Made by a program: the position numbers and the translations under genes. The notes below the pieces were generated by a model that worked only from the letters and a program-made list of their open reading frames with translations, did not search any database and had not been told where the DNA came from. Positions 39,901 through 51,410 of a stretch of DNA of 64,000 nt are shown one piece after another (position 1 is the first letter of the stretch; every line of letters starts with the position of its first letter). The DNA is from Ostrea edulis (Eukaryota): positions 31,000,001 to 31,064,000 of the forward strand of contig NC_079165.1 in assembly GCF_947568905.1 (NCBI RefSeq). Direction: 5' to 3'.

Positions 39901-42900
39901 TCTGAATGTTAATTTATTGATTCCAAACAAAAAAATGCTACCTAAACCCCAAAAATCCAGGACTAAGGACCTACCTTAAAAGCAAGAATAATTAATACGA
40001 TCATATTTATGTATTCACTGCTACACAGTGAAAGCTTGACTGATTCTCACCTGGAGTTGACTTAACATAATAACTGGCACATGCATCTGCGTCGACCAGA
40101 TCTTTTATAGAACCCTGAAATAAGAGGAAGGTTTAATTCAATTATTCTTCCATCTGAATAGGTATTTGTTTAATATAATGTAAATCACATTTCATTTGTG
40201 AGACCATTATTTACTCGTTATTAGTGATGAAGCGATTGTCGCTGATGATCGATTATCGGTCGTTGAGAGACCTACGATGCTACTAATCGATTACAATATA
40301 AATGTTTTTAGTCCGAATGCCCATCACTACTCGTAATTTCATTTTCACTCGGTTCCTGCTTTACAGATCCTGTAATGTAACTAATTATCATGGAAGTGCC
40401 AGTTTCTGTTTTATAATGTAATATAACTTACCACTGATTGAGGTGTTAGTTTCTGTTTTATCATGTAATGTAACTTACCACTGATCGGGGTGCTAGTTTC
40501 TGTTTCATAATGTAATGTAAATTACCACTGATCGGGGTGCTTAAGTTTCTGTTTTATAATGTAATGTAACTTACCATTGTTTGGGGTGCTAGTTTCTGTT
40601 TTATCATGTACTATAACTTACCACTGATTGGGGTGTCAGTTCCTTGTTTTATAATGTAATATAACTTACCAATGACCGAGGTGTTAGTTTCTGTTTTATA
40701 ATGTAATATAACTTACCACTGTAGTGTTAGTTCCTCCTTTACAGATCATGTCAGTGGCTCTGTCTGCTTGTGTTTTTGAAACACCTTCCAGTGCCTCTTG
40801 ATAAAGATAGTGCCAGTACGATGACGGACAGCTACTCACACAGACCTGTGATGGAGCAACATGGAACAGATTACACACCCAGTAAAAATCTCATGAAATG
40901 TTCAATAAATAGCAGTTTATGTACCAAAATTGACTATAACTATGATACATGTATTTAAAGATCAATACATCTTTGTATATATGCAAGATCTGGGGTCATC
41001 ATCCATGCAAAAGACCTTATTATACATGTAGCTTACATGTCAACAATTACAATACTAATGTCATTAACTGTTTATTCTGAAGTTTGGTCATACAGCGCAA
41101 AGCAATATTTTAAATTTAAAATGGTGCAATATCATTGTGTATTTTGTCAATGAAATAAGTTCAGTTTAACAATATTATCTTAATTGGGTCTTGTGACAGT
41201 CAATCAATATCTCCAATTAAAGTAATAAGTATTTCAATGACAAAGCTTTTCTAACAATTTCTACTGAAAATCTTACCCACATATGATATTTAAAAAAAAT
41301 CAAACATCAATGAGATAAAAAATTTGTATTACTTTTCAATCATAAAAAAAATGTTTGTGTCAGGTAAAAGTGTTTTCATGCAAAACTTTTCATTTCATTG
41401 TCTAAATATGGTATACACCTTTCTGTAACAGAAATCAACAGAGACAAGAGACCTTACAGGGTCCCTACACACTATTGAATGTCCTTCAAGATATTTTAAC
41501 AGTCCAGGTGGGACTTAAATATCAGTCACTGAGCCAGAACTACAACCTGTGACTTTGACCTAGTCCACCTAAAATTGTGTCAGGTGTAAGGATCTGATGC
41601 TTCATCATTATTACAAAGTTATAATTCACCCATACTCAGTGGGATAAAACAGCCTGACATTTAACACAGTGATTCTAATTATACCCCCAACATTTCATAG
41701 TGGACAGAGGAAGGGGAAGAGCATTAGCTGATCCTTCATTTTAAATTCTCTAACAAGGTAATTACGACTGAAATCCTACCAATGGTAATTATGACTGAAA
41801 TCCCACAATACAATGTTTCATGCTCAGGCGACTACGAGTTTGATAAAATCAGATGATAAAGATGACGAACCTGAGGTGTGGGACACCCGGTAATAATGAC
41901 TGCTGAGCCTGTCTTGGCACACTGTAACATGTCAAAGTACACAAGATAGGGCTTCCCTCTGGAATAAATAAAAAAGTAACGACATAAATACTAAAACCTC
42001 TTCACTCCTATTTCAGTCACTGATACAGACAATACTAAAACCTTTTCACTCCTAAATCAGTCACTGATACAGACAATACTAAAACCTCTTCATTCCTAAA
42101 TCAGTCACTGATACAGACAATACTAAAACCTCTTCATTCCTAAATCAGTCACTGATACAGACAATACTAAAACCTCTTCACTTCTAAATCAGTCACTGAT
42201 ACAGACAATACTAAAACCTCTTCACTCCTAAATCAGTCACTGATACAGACAATACTAAAACCTCTTCACTCCTAAATCAGTCACTGATACAGACAATACT
42301 AAAACCTCTTCATTCCTAAATCACAGCCACTAATACACACAATACTAAAACCTCTTCATTCCTAAATCAGTCACTGATACAGACAATACTAAAACCTCTT
42401 CATTCCTAAATCAGTCACTGATACAGACAATACTAAAACCTCTTCACTTCTAAATCAGTCACTGATACAGACAATACTAAAACCTCTTCACTCCTAAATC
42501 AGTCACTGATACAGACAATACTAAAACCTCTTCACTCCTAAATCAGTCACTGATACAGACAATACTAAAACCTCTTCATTCCTAAATCACAGCCACTAAT
42601 ACAGACAATACTAAAACCTCTTCATTCCTAAATCAGTCACTGATACAGACAATACTAAAACCTCTTCATTCCTAAATCAGTCACTGATACAGACAATACT
42701 AAAACCTCTTCATTCCTAAACTGATACAGACAATACTAAAACCTCTTCACTCCTAAATCACAGTCACTGAATCTGATACAGACAATACTAAAACCTCTTC
42801 ATTCCTAAATCAGTCACTGATACAGACAATACTAAAACCTCTTCATTCCTAAATCAGTCACTGAATCTGATACAGACAATACTAAAACCTCTTCATTCCT

Positions 42901-45900
42901 AAATCAGTCACTGAATCTGATACAGACAATACTAAAACCTCTTCATTCCTAAATCAGTCACTGATACAGACAATACTAAAACCTCTTCATTCCTAAATCA
43001 GTCACTGATACAGACAATACTAAAACCTTTTCACTCCTAAATCAGTCACTGATACAGACAATACTAAAACCTCTTCATTCCTAAATCAGTCACTGATACA
43101 GACAATACTAAAACCTCTTCATTCCTAAATCAGTCACTGATACAGACAATACTAAAACCTCTTCACTCCTAAATCAGTCACTGATACAGACAATACTAAA
43201 ACCTCTTCACTCCTAAATCACAGCCACTAATACAGACAATACTAAAACCTCTTCATTCCTAAATCACAGCCACTAATACAGACAATACTAAAACCTCTTC
43301 ACTCCTAAATCACAGCCACTAATACAGACAATACTAAAACCTCTTCATTCCTAAATCAGTAACTGAATCTGATACAGACAATACTAAAACCTCTTCATTC
43401 CTAAATCAGTCATTGAATCTGATACAGACAATACTAAAACCTCTTCATTCCTAAATCAGTCACTGATACAGACAATACTAAAACCTCTTCACTCCTAAAT
43501 CACAGTCACTGATACTGACTATAATCCTTGCGTTCTGCACTATATACTCATTTAAATTATACATAATAATAATGAGTGTATATTCACTATAACTCCCAAC
43601 AGTAATTGCACCCTCCACGACTGTCATTTAATTAAGAATTTTGTCCCGAATATTAAGCTGTACTCATTCTTCCAACAATCAATAAACATATGAACAGGAT
43701 AATGAACAGTGATCGATCTCATAAATCTTATACAGAATACAAAATTAAGAGAAGGGCAAACACCGACCCCTGGATATACATGTACCAGAGGTGGGATCAG
43801 GTCCCTTAGTGAATAGATATTCACTTTATTCCAATTTCTTGTAGACTGGACTCATAGATCCATAATCTGCACTTAATTAAAATATCTATAATCTGACACA
43901 ACCCATAACCACCCATATCTGCTTTTATTCACTGTCTAAAACAAAATGAACCCACTTACAATATATATCCACAATCTGACACAAAACATACCCACTAGTA
44001 TCCAAAATCTAAAACAAAATATATCTGCTTGTATCCACAGTCTGATACAAAATGTACCCACTCAATCAACAATCTGACACAAAATATACCTACTTGTATC
44101 CAAAATCTAAAACAAAATGTATCTACTTGTATCCACAGTTTGACACAAAATGTACCCACTTATATCCATGATCCAAGTGAGCCAAAATGTAGCCACTTGT
44201 ATCCATGATCTGACCCAAAATGTAGCCACTTGTATCCATGATCTGACCCAAAATGTAGCCACTTGTATCCATGATCTGACCCAAAATGTATCTACTTGTA
44301 TTCAGAATCTAAAACAAAATGTACTCCTGCGTATCCATAGTCCACTACAAAACGTAACCACTTATATCCAATCCAACAGAAACTGTATTGCTTGTATATA
44401 CAAACCATACACATAAACTCTTTCAGTTAAAAATAAATTTTCACTCATTCAAATCCATAATCACACTCACGTGTATCCTGTATCATATCCACATATATTT
44501 CCTGAGGAGTCTGTAGGATATAAGAGCTTGTATGGGTTTCCTCGGGCATATCCTACAAAATGTTCCAAATATACATCACTTATTTCACATGTAGCAAAAC
44601 GTGCTTCAATGAATTGGAAAAGTAACTTTCTGTAAAATTAACCATCAAACATTTATCAATATCCTAGAAAGAACATTGTCTATAGTGGACTTATGTACAG
44701 AGCTAGCTGAGGTCAAAGCACATGCAATTAGGCTCTACATGTCAAAATTCAGAAATTGTTAACAAGGAATATTTGACACAAGTTAATCTTTATTCTTTCA
44801 ATAAGATTCTTACCTATTGCAGAACACACTACCATTCCAGCAATGAAGATCAGAAATAATAAACAGCAAATGACATCTGTGCATGATCTGTGAAGAGATT
44901 GAAAACATTAATTTACATGGATTTCATAAGAGTTGTTTCCCTTTAAGCAGCATTGCATTTCTTAATCTTTTGATAAATTGTACAATTTCAGTAAAATGTT
45001 ATAAGCTGCTATTTAATTCATTACCTTAAATTTTAAAGCATTTAGAAAATGCAAGTTAAACTATAGGAAGTGATTTCTTATCTACACAATTTCAATTAAG
45101 TCTCTCTTAGATCCAATTTAAAATGCAGTCCATAATTCCTTATCAAATCAAAGAGTTTCACAGAGCTCGACAATCAATTCCAAAATCACGTCAGAACAAA
45201 ATTACAATCAAAATGAAATACCAACTTCAAATTAAAGCCACAAGAGACCAAAAACTTCTGTCAGAGTTTAAAATTCTATCCTATTCCCCACACCCAGCTA
45301 ACAAATGGACGGGGTTAATAGCAAGTAGAAGATCCGACTATTTAAAAAGATTTGAGATTTCAACATTACTTTGACACACGTCGAGTACTACATGTATCAG
45401 ATATACATGTAGATATGAACATTCCAATTTTTATTTTGATATTCAAATTATGTGAATTTCTAATCATACATAACGTACAAATATTAGCCACATACTGTAA
45501 AAGTGATAATATTTATGCTGGGAGTTAGGTACACGTTTTTCCATGTCCAACATTACCAGTGGGGGAAAATATGTGGTAAGTGAATATGATACATGTATAT
45601 ATCATATCAAATATTTATAACTAAAAGCGTGTGAAAAAATGTTCTTATTATGATTGTGTAATTAGTGTAAATTTCCCTCACGTGTAAATAACCAATTTTA
45701 CAATATTATAAATAAAAATATTTCCCTTTTTCGTTTAGTTGGAACATTACAGATCCATAAAAAATTGATACAGAGATGTGTGGCAAATGGGTTGTTCATT
45801 CAGATTTACTTTGCTTCATGAGAAGTGTATGATAATTAGGTCCTTCTGCCTCATGCTATTTAATAAAGACATGCTTCAGTAATTTCATTGAAAGGAATGG

Positions 45901-48697
45901 ACTGATGGGCACACTGATTATCACAATATTTTTAAGATATTTGAACTCTGCACCCCACATCAGTTTTAAAGGCCAACAAAAAGCATAAATTTTTAAATTT
46001 GTTGTACAATTCAAACTAAAGTTTTACTTTCATAATCTTTGAATGGTGTACTTTTAAAATTTGATTGTTTAATCTGCGACCTAATTCTAAAGCTTAGGTT
46101 TGTATTGCATTCTTCTTTGTTATTTAAACAAGTCATAAATGCATACTTGATATCAATCTACATCAGTTCCGAGACATATACAACAGAGATAAGCAACTCC
46201 TACAGCGGCATGTTTACCGCTTAAAATATGTGACGGTCACACCCATAAATTGTTAATTCCTATTTATTGGTTTGATAAAAGTTTATTTCACTCCTATCAT
46301 AAAATGGAACCAAATGTAACAAGTTTTGGAATGATTTTATGATCAACAAATATACTATTAACAAAAAAGCAGGCAAATCGTAAACATTTCCTGAAACCTC
46401 ATCGATTTTTTTTTAGTTTGGGTCATATTGTGTCACCTTTTGAAACTCCACTTTGTTTTACTTTTGAATGGAAACATCTTCTAAAAATATTGTATCTTGA
46501 ATGTTTTAGTGATAGATTTGGGAGGTTTTAACTTGACAACTTTCATTCTTAAGTCAGCTAGCATAGCAATAAAAAAAATTTACCAAAAAAAAAAAAAAAC
46601 GGGACCGTGAGATGATACGAGACTTGGGGGAAGTTGCTTACCTCTGTTAAATCTGTCTATGATTAGGAATACAAGTATATAGGTGTCCATAAATCTTTTA
46701 AAATCATAAATGATTCTAAATTAAGTACTGCAATTACCAGTTCAGTTTATTTGATTAAATGCTTGTCACGGTTGGTACATGTAGAAGATTTCAATGCATT
46801 ATTCATGATAATCTTTGAAGTCACTGTACATGCAGAAGATGAGAGTAAAGCAAAACAGAATCCTAAGGTTGGTGAAGGTGGAGTATAATTCTTCGAGACA
46901 GTTGTATTGTCACACCTTCATATTTAATCATCTCGGTTTTACGTCTTCTAATGATAATCAACTGTAACAGGAAGGGAGAAAATGCAACGGACCAGACCGG
47001 GATTCAAACCCGGGCCCCCTGAATCGCCAGTCAGGTGCTCTACCAACTGAGCTATCTGGCCAACGGCGATCAAACCCAGCTGACTGCTACACAACAGTGA
47101 TATATGCCCTCTGTTACAGTAAAGTTTAGCCCTCTCTGTTCCATGGCCCTAAAGCCTGCATCTTATACATTTTGTACCTATCAAAACCATGGGTAAATCT
47201 TTTACTTCATAAAATGTTCCGATAAAAAATTGTCTATGCTGTTGATCGAAGGCTTTTGTTCACTCTTGATAAGGTAAGATTGAAACCCTATGTCCCAGAA
47301 AGTTGAACTTGCTAATGATACTCAAGAAGTACACAGCATTGAATAGGAAGTTTAAAATTTGCCTAGTACTTTCAAAGTAAATATATCAAATACTTCACAT
47401 AGAGTTGACATATAGGAAAAAGGACACTGTGCAAGTGTGTTTTCTATCCATTGCACAGCAAGTAGACATTATTCAAAAAACATTCGACTGAATTCCCGAA
47501 TTCCCCTAAATAAAATAATATAGAAAGTTAGTCTTCAACACCATTTCATCCCTTCAAAAATTCTGTTTTTTCCCCGGGGTGGGTGGGGTGTGTGTGTTGA
47601 ATGGTTCAGTAGAACGTATATCAGACTAAGCACTCCTTTCTTGTGATCTGATTACTATTAAATGTAACATAAATATATTACATTTCTTTTAGATATGCAC
47701 TTTGTGTTTACTACATCATTAATATGCATTTTATTGAATATTTCTGCAAAATTTTACAATTTCATCTTAAGGTAGTACTAAACAGATACATAAAAAAAAT
47801 TCTTCATATTAATATTTAAAAAAAAACTTTAAATATTTTGTTCTACTATAGGAACACAACTTCTTACTGTGCATGATATATATGAAATCTATCCTATCAT
47901 TAATTTGTCCACAAAGTTTCAAATATAGGATATCAAAGAGCCCTGTCGGAAGAGAGTGAAGTTACAGCGAATTACAAAATACCAAATACCGGTTGAGTTT
48001 TCAATTGCCTGCTGGATTGATCAACAGACTTTACAATTTGGTCAGCAAAGTATCACATTTGGTCTGAATTTAGGTCACAAAGTTACTCAGGTATGACAAA
48101 GAATTGACAACTTTTTTCTCTCAGTGTGAGTGACAACCCCAACACTTCAGTTTTACTGATTATTTCAGGAAAAAGAATTTCTCTAATTGTATAAGTTAAT
48201 AATTTCTTTGTTAAAATATCTCTCCATCTTATTTTTTTCATGGTTATAAGCTGAATAGGTGTTGTAAAATTCCCAAAGGTAGATGTGCACTAACCAACCC
48301 TAAAAACTATAAATAGAATAGAAAGACTGAACTTGAATGGTTAGCTATAATAACAAGAATTCTATTGGTCAGAAACAGTAACAATAGAAGAGTTTTCTGG
48401 AAGTTTTCTTTGTGTGATATGAATGGAATGACCTCAAATATAGATTGACAAACAGATGAATGGTACATGTACATGTGGACACTTTGTGAGATGTCTAATG
48501 AATTTTTTTAAAAAGTGAAATTGATAAGAGTTTAGTAAAGTTCAATTTAATCAATAAAAAAAATTGTATTTGAGAGAGAGAGAGAGAGAGAATGCACCCT
48601 TTTCTTTACTTAAAGTAATCAAAAGTAATTTTGAAAAATAATATAATCAAATTTGATTTTAAATTTATTGATTTAAAAACACTTGAAATAATATTTC

Positions 48698-48743
<46 letters not shown>

Positions 48744-51257
48744 ACCTTTAATTAAACATGTTAAAGTAATTAAATGAATACCTGAGAGAGAAATATATTA
48801 AATTTGATTTAATTGATGTTCACTTTGAAAAATAAAATCCTTGGGAAATAGCTGCAAAAGACACTGAAATCAACTCAGATTTACCTGTAAAAGCAATATA
48901 CGCTTGAGTAACTTTGTAACCTAAATTCAGACCAAATGTGATTCTTGGCTGACCAAATTGTAAAGTCTATTGATCAATCCAGCAGGCAATTGAAAACTCA
49001 ACTGGTCTTTTGTAATTCGCTGTAAATGTTCGTGAAAATTCGTGCCCTGTGTAAAGATTATCTAGTAGAGATTTTACAAAAAATGATAATACTTTTTATA
49101 AATCTGACCTAATTATTATTAAATCCCGAACAAACTATATAATGAAATTGATATATTTGTGTACTCCAAGATGTCTATATAACATACATGGCTCGTCAGT
49201 GAAAAGAAAAAACATGCTACATATCAAAAGATCTCTTAATACAACGAACAAAATGATAAAAGAAAATTCAACCTAGGATTTCAGATATTTTGGACTTTTT
49301 AAAAAAAATTTGATTAAGAAAAAATTTACACATTGGGCAAATAATGTCATATTCAACCTTAAGGTATGACTTTAACCTTCATTATGCTTTAACATAAGAG
49401 ACTGCTTATAATAATAATAATGATTGGTTTTATATAGTGCTTTTTCCAGCGTATGCTGCTCAAAGCGCTTTACAATGCATTATTACCCCGGCAGACCTTA
49501 TATCAATCTAGACCTTTCTCAGCCTCCTAGAAAGCATACAGTACAAGCTGCCATTACAAGCACTAGAGCACTATCATTCTAACAATATCTTTCACTGTCT
49601 ATAGCCTGGTACCCCTATTGTATTGCATCCTTCATTTGTTTCCTTTTGTCTATCGTAATTTTATTGTAGCACATTATCATAATTATAATGTCACATACAT
49701 ACATGTACATATTTCAATACTGTGGCCTACCTGTTTTTGATAGGACCATTAAAGTTTGGATCATATTTTCGAACTTCGCCTGCAATAAAAAAGTAAATGA
49801 ATAAAATATCACCATGATCTGAACATATCTTATCGTCATATATATATATACAGTATTACAGCAGCTTTACAATTTAGATTGCATAATAATTACTCAAGCA
49901 AATTTAGCATAAAAGTGCCTAATACACCTTAATTTGACTACATGTATTAACTATAATTAATGCAGTTATAATAATTAACACAAACAAATGCCTCTTTCTC
50001 ATTAGGGTCTTTTGTAACAACTTGAGAAAAAAATCTACATGTCAGGAGAGCATAGAACAGATTATGGTTGAAATATATCACAATAAATGCTTTATCATAC
50101 TTTTGAAACCAAGGTTGTAAACGGACACTGATTCTGAAACTGACAGGCAGAGAGGCGGAGTACAAACAATTTGTTGAAATCTTTGATGACATTGGGTTAC
50201 ATCATGAGTTAAGTCGGTTATGTGTATGTATATAAATGTATATATTTATGTACAGGGTCCCATATACAGACAATAAATAGATGGGAATCTACTGAAAACT
50301 TGAACACTATTGCTTTATGTCATGCCAGTTTGAAATTTAAAAATGTAAAATTCAATAATGTAGAATAGACACATTCACAGTGAATAATTAATACTCAACA
50401 TTGTATAGGATGAACTTTAGCATTGAAACATTGGACAGATTGAGTAGACATTTGATATATTACAGATCACATTATGCGATACCCATGTGCTCTTTTTTGC
50501 CTGTAGGTTTTTCTGTTTCAGTTTGTGCTTTCACCTGGTCTTCAAGCTCAACCTGTTCAGCTTTTGTGAGTGTAAAAAAATATTTTTAAAAAAATAATCT
50601 GAAATGTGAAAACTGTATACAAGATTTAGATTATTCTTTTCCATTCCACAATAATATCAACCATGTATATAGATTCACTCCACTAAAAGTTCAGTGACCC
50701 ACACATCAACATACATGTACCACTTGTAAAGACAACGGGTAGTGATAATTAGGATATCATAAATCTCATTTCGGTTAGTCTAGCTCAACGCGAAGATTGT
50801 AGAAATGACGACAGAAGGATCGGGTTTCTAAGTGTGAAACCCCGATTGTTTAAATTAACCAGGAAGAGACTCGTGGACTTGCTGGAACACAGACTTTCTC
50901 AATGGGCGTTAAGTCTGTGCAGCTAAGCTATTATTCCCAGTATTCAATGAAACGGGTTTATGAAAATCATCGGGGTGTGTAAAATTTATCCTACTGTAGT
51001 CCAACCGTAAATTCAACACATCAATAATTTTTTATCGACATCGATTTCCTTGCCGTGTTTTGCCTGGCTGTAAGCCCACAACTGACATTAACTTTCCTTC
51101 CCCGAAACGGACTTTTGTAATTTAAATCCACTGAACATTCGCGTCATGCAAATTTCCAAACAATAGTCTGAATAGACGGTTAAAAACTCTTACCCATGTA
51201 CTCTTTCTTCTCGTCTGAAGATTTTTCGTCTGATTTTTCATCGGCAACTTTCGTCAT
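27785..51257 (-). CDS. SLC44A2: Choline transporter-like protein (SLC44A2/4/5 group), complete 23-exon gene, 731 aa
   Basis: Exons join with consistent phases and GT-AG ends (2196 nt incl. stop). Family motifs: [97 protein letters not shown]. Exact vertebrate orthologue (A2, A4 or A5) not resolvable. Confidence 0.95.
28135..28421. mobile_element. MITE with ~65-bp TIRs in SLC44 intron 22
   Basis: cctgggctg..ctagcctaggggctaggtatggtggctgatttgtgc mirrored at the right end. Confidence 0.88.
28603..28687 (-). CDS. SLC44A2: SLC44 exon 22 ([28 protein letters not shown])
   Basis: Signature motif. Confidence 0.96.
28959..29050 (-). CDS. SLC44A2: SLC44 exon 21 ([10 protein letters not shown]...LNYYITPVI)
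   Basis: LNYY..P motif, phase-consistent. Confidence 0.94.
30040..30938 (+). mobile_element. ~0.9-kb TTAA-flanked non-autonomous DNA transposon (Kolobok-like), intron 20
   Basis: TTAA at both ends, short TIR; highly similar inverted copy at 39086-39979. Confidence 0.85.
31765..31835 (-). CDS. SLC44A2: SLC44 exon 20 ([24 protein letters not shown])
   Basis: Signature motif, also in the ORF track. Confidence 0.96.
31928..32001 (-). CDS. SLC44A2: SLC44 exon 19 ([25 protein letters not shown])
   Basis: Signature motif. Confidence 0.97.
32167..32236 (-). CDS. SLC44A2: SLC44 exon 18 ([23 protein letters not shown])
   Basis: Signature motif. Confidence 0.97.
32396..32524 (-). CDS. SLC44A2: SLC44 exon 17 ([25 protein letters not shown]...)
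   Basis: Signature motif, also in the ORF track. Confidence 0.97.
32893..33069 (-). CDS. SLC44A2: SLC44 exon 16 (YITVMM...[16 protein letters not shown]...YRTFR)
   Basis: Strongly conserved motif, also in the ORF track. Confidence 0.97.
33369..33418 (-). CDS. SLC44A2: SLC44 exon 15 ([17 protein letters not shown])
   Basis: C.F..Y motif, phase-consistent. Confidence 0.88.
33548..33650 (-). CDS. SLC44A2: SLC44 exon 14 ([10 protein letters not shown]...RIPCEPD)
   Basis: Phase-consistent; preceded by U12-type branch site and AAG acceptor. Confidence 0.9.
34051..34143 (-). CDS. SLC44A2: SLC44 exon 13 ([16 protein letters not shown]...GLSS)
   Basis: Family motif; followed by U12-type donor GTATCCTT. 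Confidence 0.92.
34295..34394 (-). CDS. SLC44A2: SLC44 exon 12 ([10 protein letters not shown]...[13 protein letters not shown])
   Basis: RI.IAI.LIKE.S motif. Confidence 0.95.
34450..35087. mobile_element. TTAA-flanked element with AGCAATACAAGCT TIRs (Kolobok-like), intron 11
   Basis: TIR about 26 bp and TTAA on both sides. Confidence 0.8.
35228..35359 (-). CDS. SLC44A2: SLC44 exon 11 (CYYSYVQY...LKETWLAF)
   Basis: ETWL motif, phase-consistent. Confidence 0.93.
35832..35944 (-). CDS. SLC44A2: SLC44 exon 10 ([25 protein letters not shown]...)
   Basis: TM2/TM3 segment, canonical sites. Confidence 0.95.
36050..36480. repeat. 63-bp tandem array, 7 units, overlapping the exon 9 donor
   Basis: acttac every 63 nt from 36097 to 36475. 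Confidence 0.96.
36476..36559 (-). CDS. SLC44A2: SLC44 exon 9 ([28 protein letters not shown])
   Basis: IF.D...SW motif, phase-consistent. Confidence 0.93.
37230..37374 (-). CDS. SLC44A2: SLC44 exon 8 ([15 protein letters not shown]...AMNEAS)
   Basis: GRC.P motif, phase-consistent. Confidence 0.92.
38278..38367. mobile_element. 90-bp hairpin/mini foldback element; relative at 58874-58944
   Basis: Near-palindrome, two dispersed copies. Confidence 0.7.
38583..38830. mobile_element. MITE (TAGTGAAAACTGCCTAATC TIR) with its left end repeated three times
   Basis: gattagacaggtttcacta at the right end. Confidence 0.65.
39086..39979 (-). mobile_element. Inverted copy of the 30040-30938 element, intron 7
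   Basis: Reverse-complement match, TTAA at both ends. Confidence 0.85.
40051..40114 (-). CDS. SLC44A2: SLC44 exon 7 ([21 protein letters not shown])
   Basis: Phase-consistent, canonical sites. Confidence 0.9.
40401..40730. repeat. ~47-bp tandem array, 7 units, overlapping the exon 6 donor
   Basis: Donor copies at 40431, 40478, 40525, 40574, 40621, 40669, 40716. Confidence 0.94.
40717..40845 (-). CDS. SLC44A2: SLC44 exon 6 ([11 protein letters not shown]...GGTNTTV)
   Basis: VCV..CP motif, phase 0-0. Confidence 0.93.
41871..41958 (-). CDS. SLC44A2: SLC44 exon 5 ([29 protein letters not shown])
   Basis: KPYL.YFD and CPTPQ motifs. Confidence 0.95.
41987..43517. repeat. 44-bp tandem array, about 34 copies, intron 4
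   Basis: AATACTAAAACCTCTTCATTCCTAAATCAGTCACTGATACAGAC. Confidence 0.97.
43657..43805 (-). mobile_element. Terminal fragment of a Penelope-like element
   Basis: Reverse complement of the tail at 62560-62695. Confidence 0.7.
43900..44372. repeat. Degenerate ~33-bp tandem array (ATCCACAATCTGACACAAAATGTACCCACTTGT)
   Basis: Direct observation; explains the [14 protein letters not shown]. Confidence 0.85.
44471..44552 (-). CDS. SLC44A2: SLC44 exon 4 ([27 protein letters not shown])
   Basis: YPTDS.G..CG motif, canonical splice sites. Confidence 0.95.
44814..44887 (-). CDS. SLC44A2: SLC44 exon 3 ([25 protein letters not shown])
   Basis: TM1 motif, canonical splice sites. Confidence 0.95.
46963..47091 (-). 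mobile_element. Solo LTR carrying a tRNA-like sequence (Helenus-type TRIM)
   Basis: TG..CA termini, CAAC 4-bp TSD on both sides, tRNA-like cloverleaf with A and B boxes at 46990-47060. Confidence 0.8.
47965..49022. mobile_element. ~1.06-kb element with ~130-bp TIRs and TA TSD (Tc1/mariner-like MITE) containing (GA)n tracts
   Basis: TA|CAGCGAATTACAAAA ... TTTTGTAATTCGCTG|TA. Confidence 0.85.
49408..49607 (-). mobile_element. SINE/LINE 3' fragment with an L2-like tail
   Basis: Reverse strand TGTAAAGCGCTTTGAG..AAAAGCACTATATAAA plus (TTA)n. Confidence 0.55.
49731..49779 (-). CDS. SLC44A2: SLC44 exon 2 ([17 protein letters not shown])
   Basis: Family motif; tgcag acceptor, gtagg donor. Confidence 0.95.
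50483..50560 (-). CDS. SLC44A2: Candidate alternative/cassette N-terminal exon ([27 protein letters not shown])
   Basis: 78 nt, phase 1-1, open frame, ends KKEHMG like exon 1 KKEYMG; AAG acceptor after a T tract; weak donor GTATCG. Confidence 0.55.
51194..51257 (-). CDS. SLC44A2: SLC44 exon 1 ([22 protein letters not shown])
   Basis: ATG, 21 codons +1 nt, donor G|GTAAGA; phase 1 matches exon 2. Confidence 0.8.
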
Positions 51258-51400
51258 TTTGCAGTAATTTCACCGTATCTCCAAAAAATGTGAATTATTT
51301 AAAACACCCAGCTTGTAGTTTAGATTTGTAAGAGGTATCAGGGTAGATCTAATTCTGATCCCTCTTTAAACCTAAAACGTCGATATCGCACGCCTCACCT

Positions 51401-51410
51401 GGTCACGTGG
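51401..51410. promoter_or_regulatory. E-box GTCACGTG in CpG-richer region about 150 bp upstream of the SLC44 ATG
   Basis: ggtcacgtgg seen; function inferred. Confidence 0.3.

Noticed and set aside
3939-43517. CRISPR-like arrays among the tandem repeats
   Set aside because: No unique spacers, no cas genes, eukaryotic context.
41987-43517. 44-bp array as decoy 3' splice sites for exon 5
   Set aside because: Units contain TTTTAG but the surrounding sequence is purine-rich and does not copy the real acceptor.
46990-47060. Functional tRNA gene
   Set aside because: 8-nt anticodon loop, altered T loop, and embedding in a TG..CA element with a TSD.
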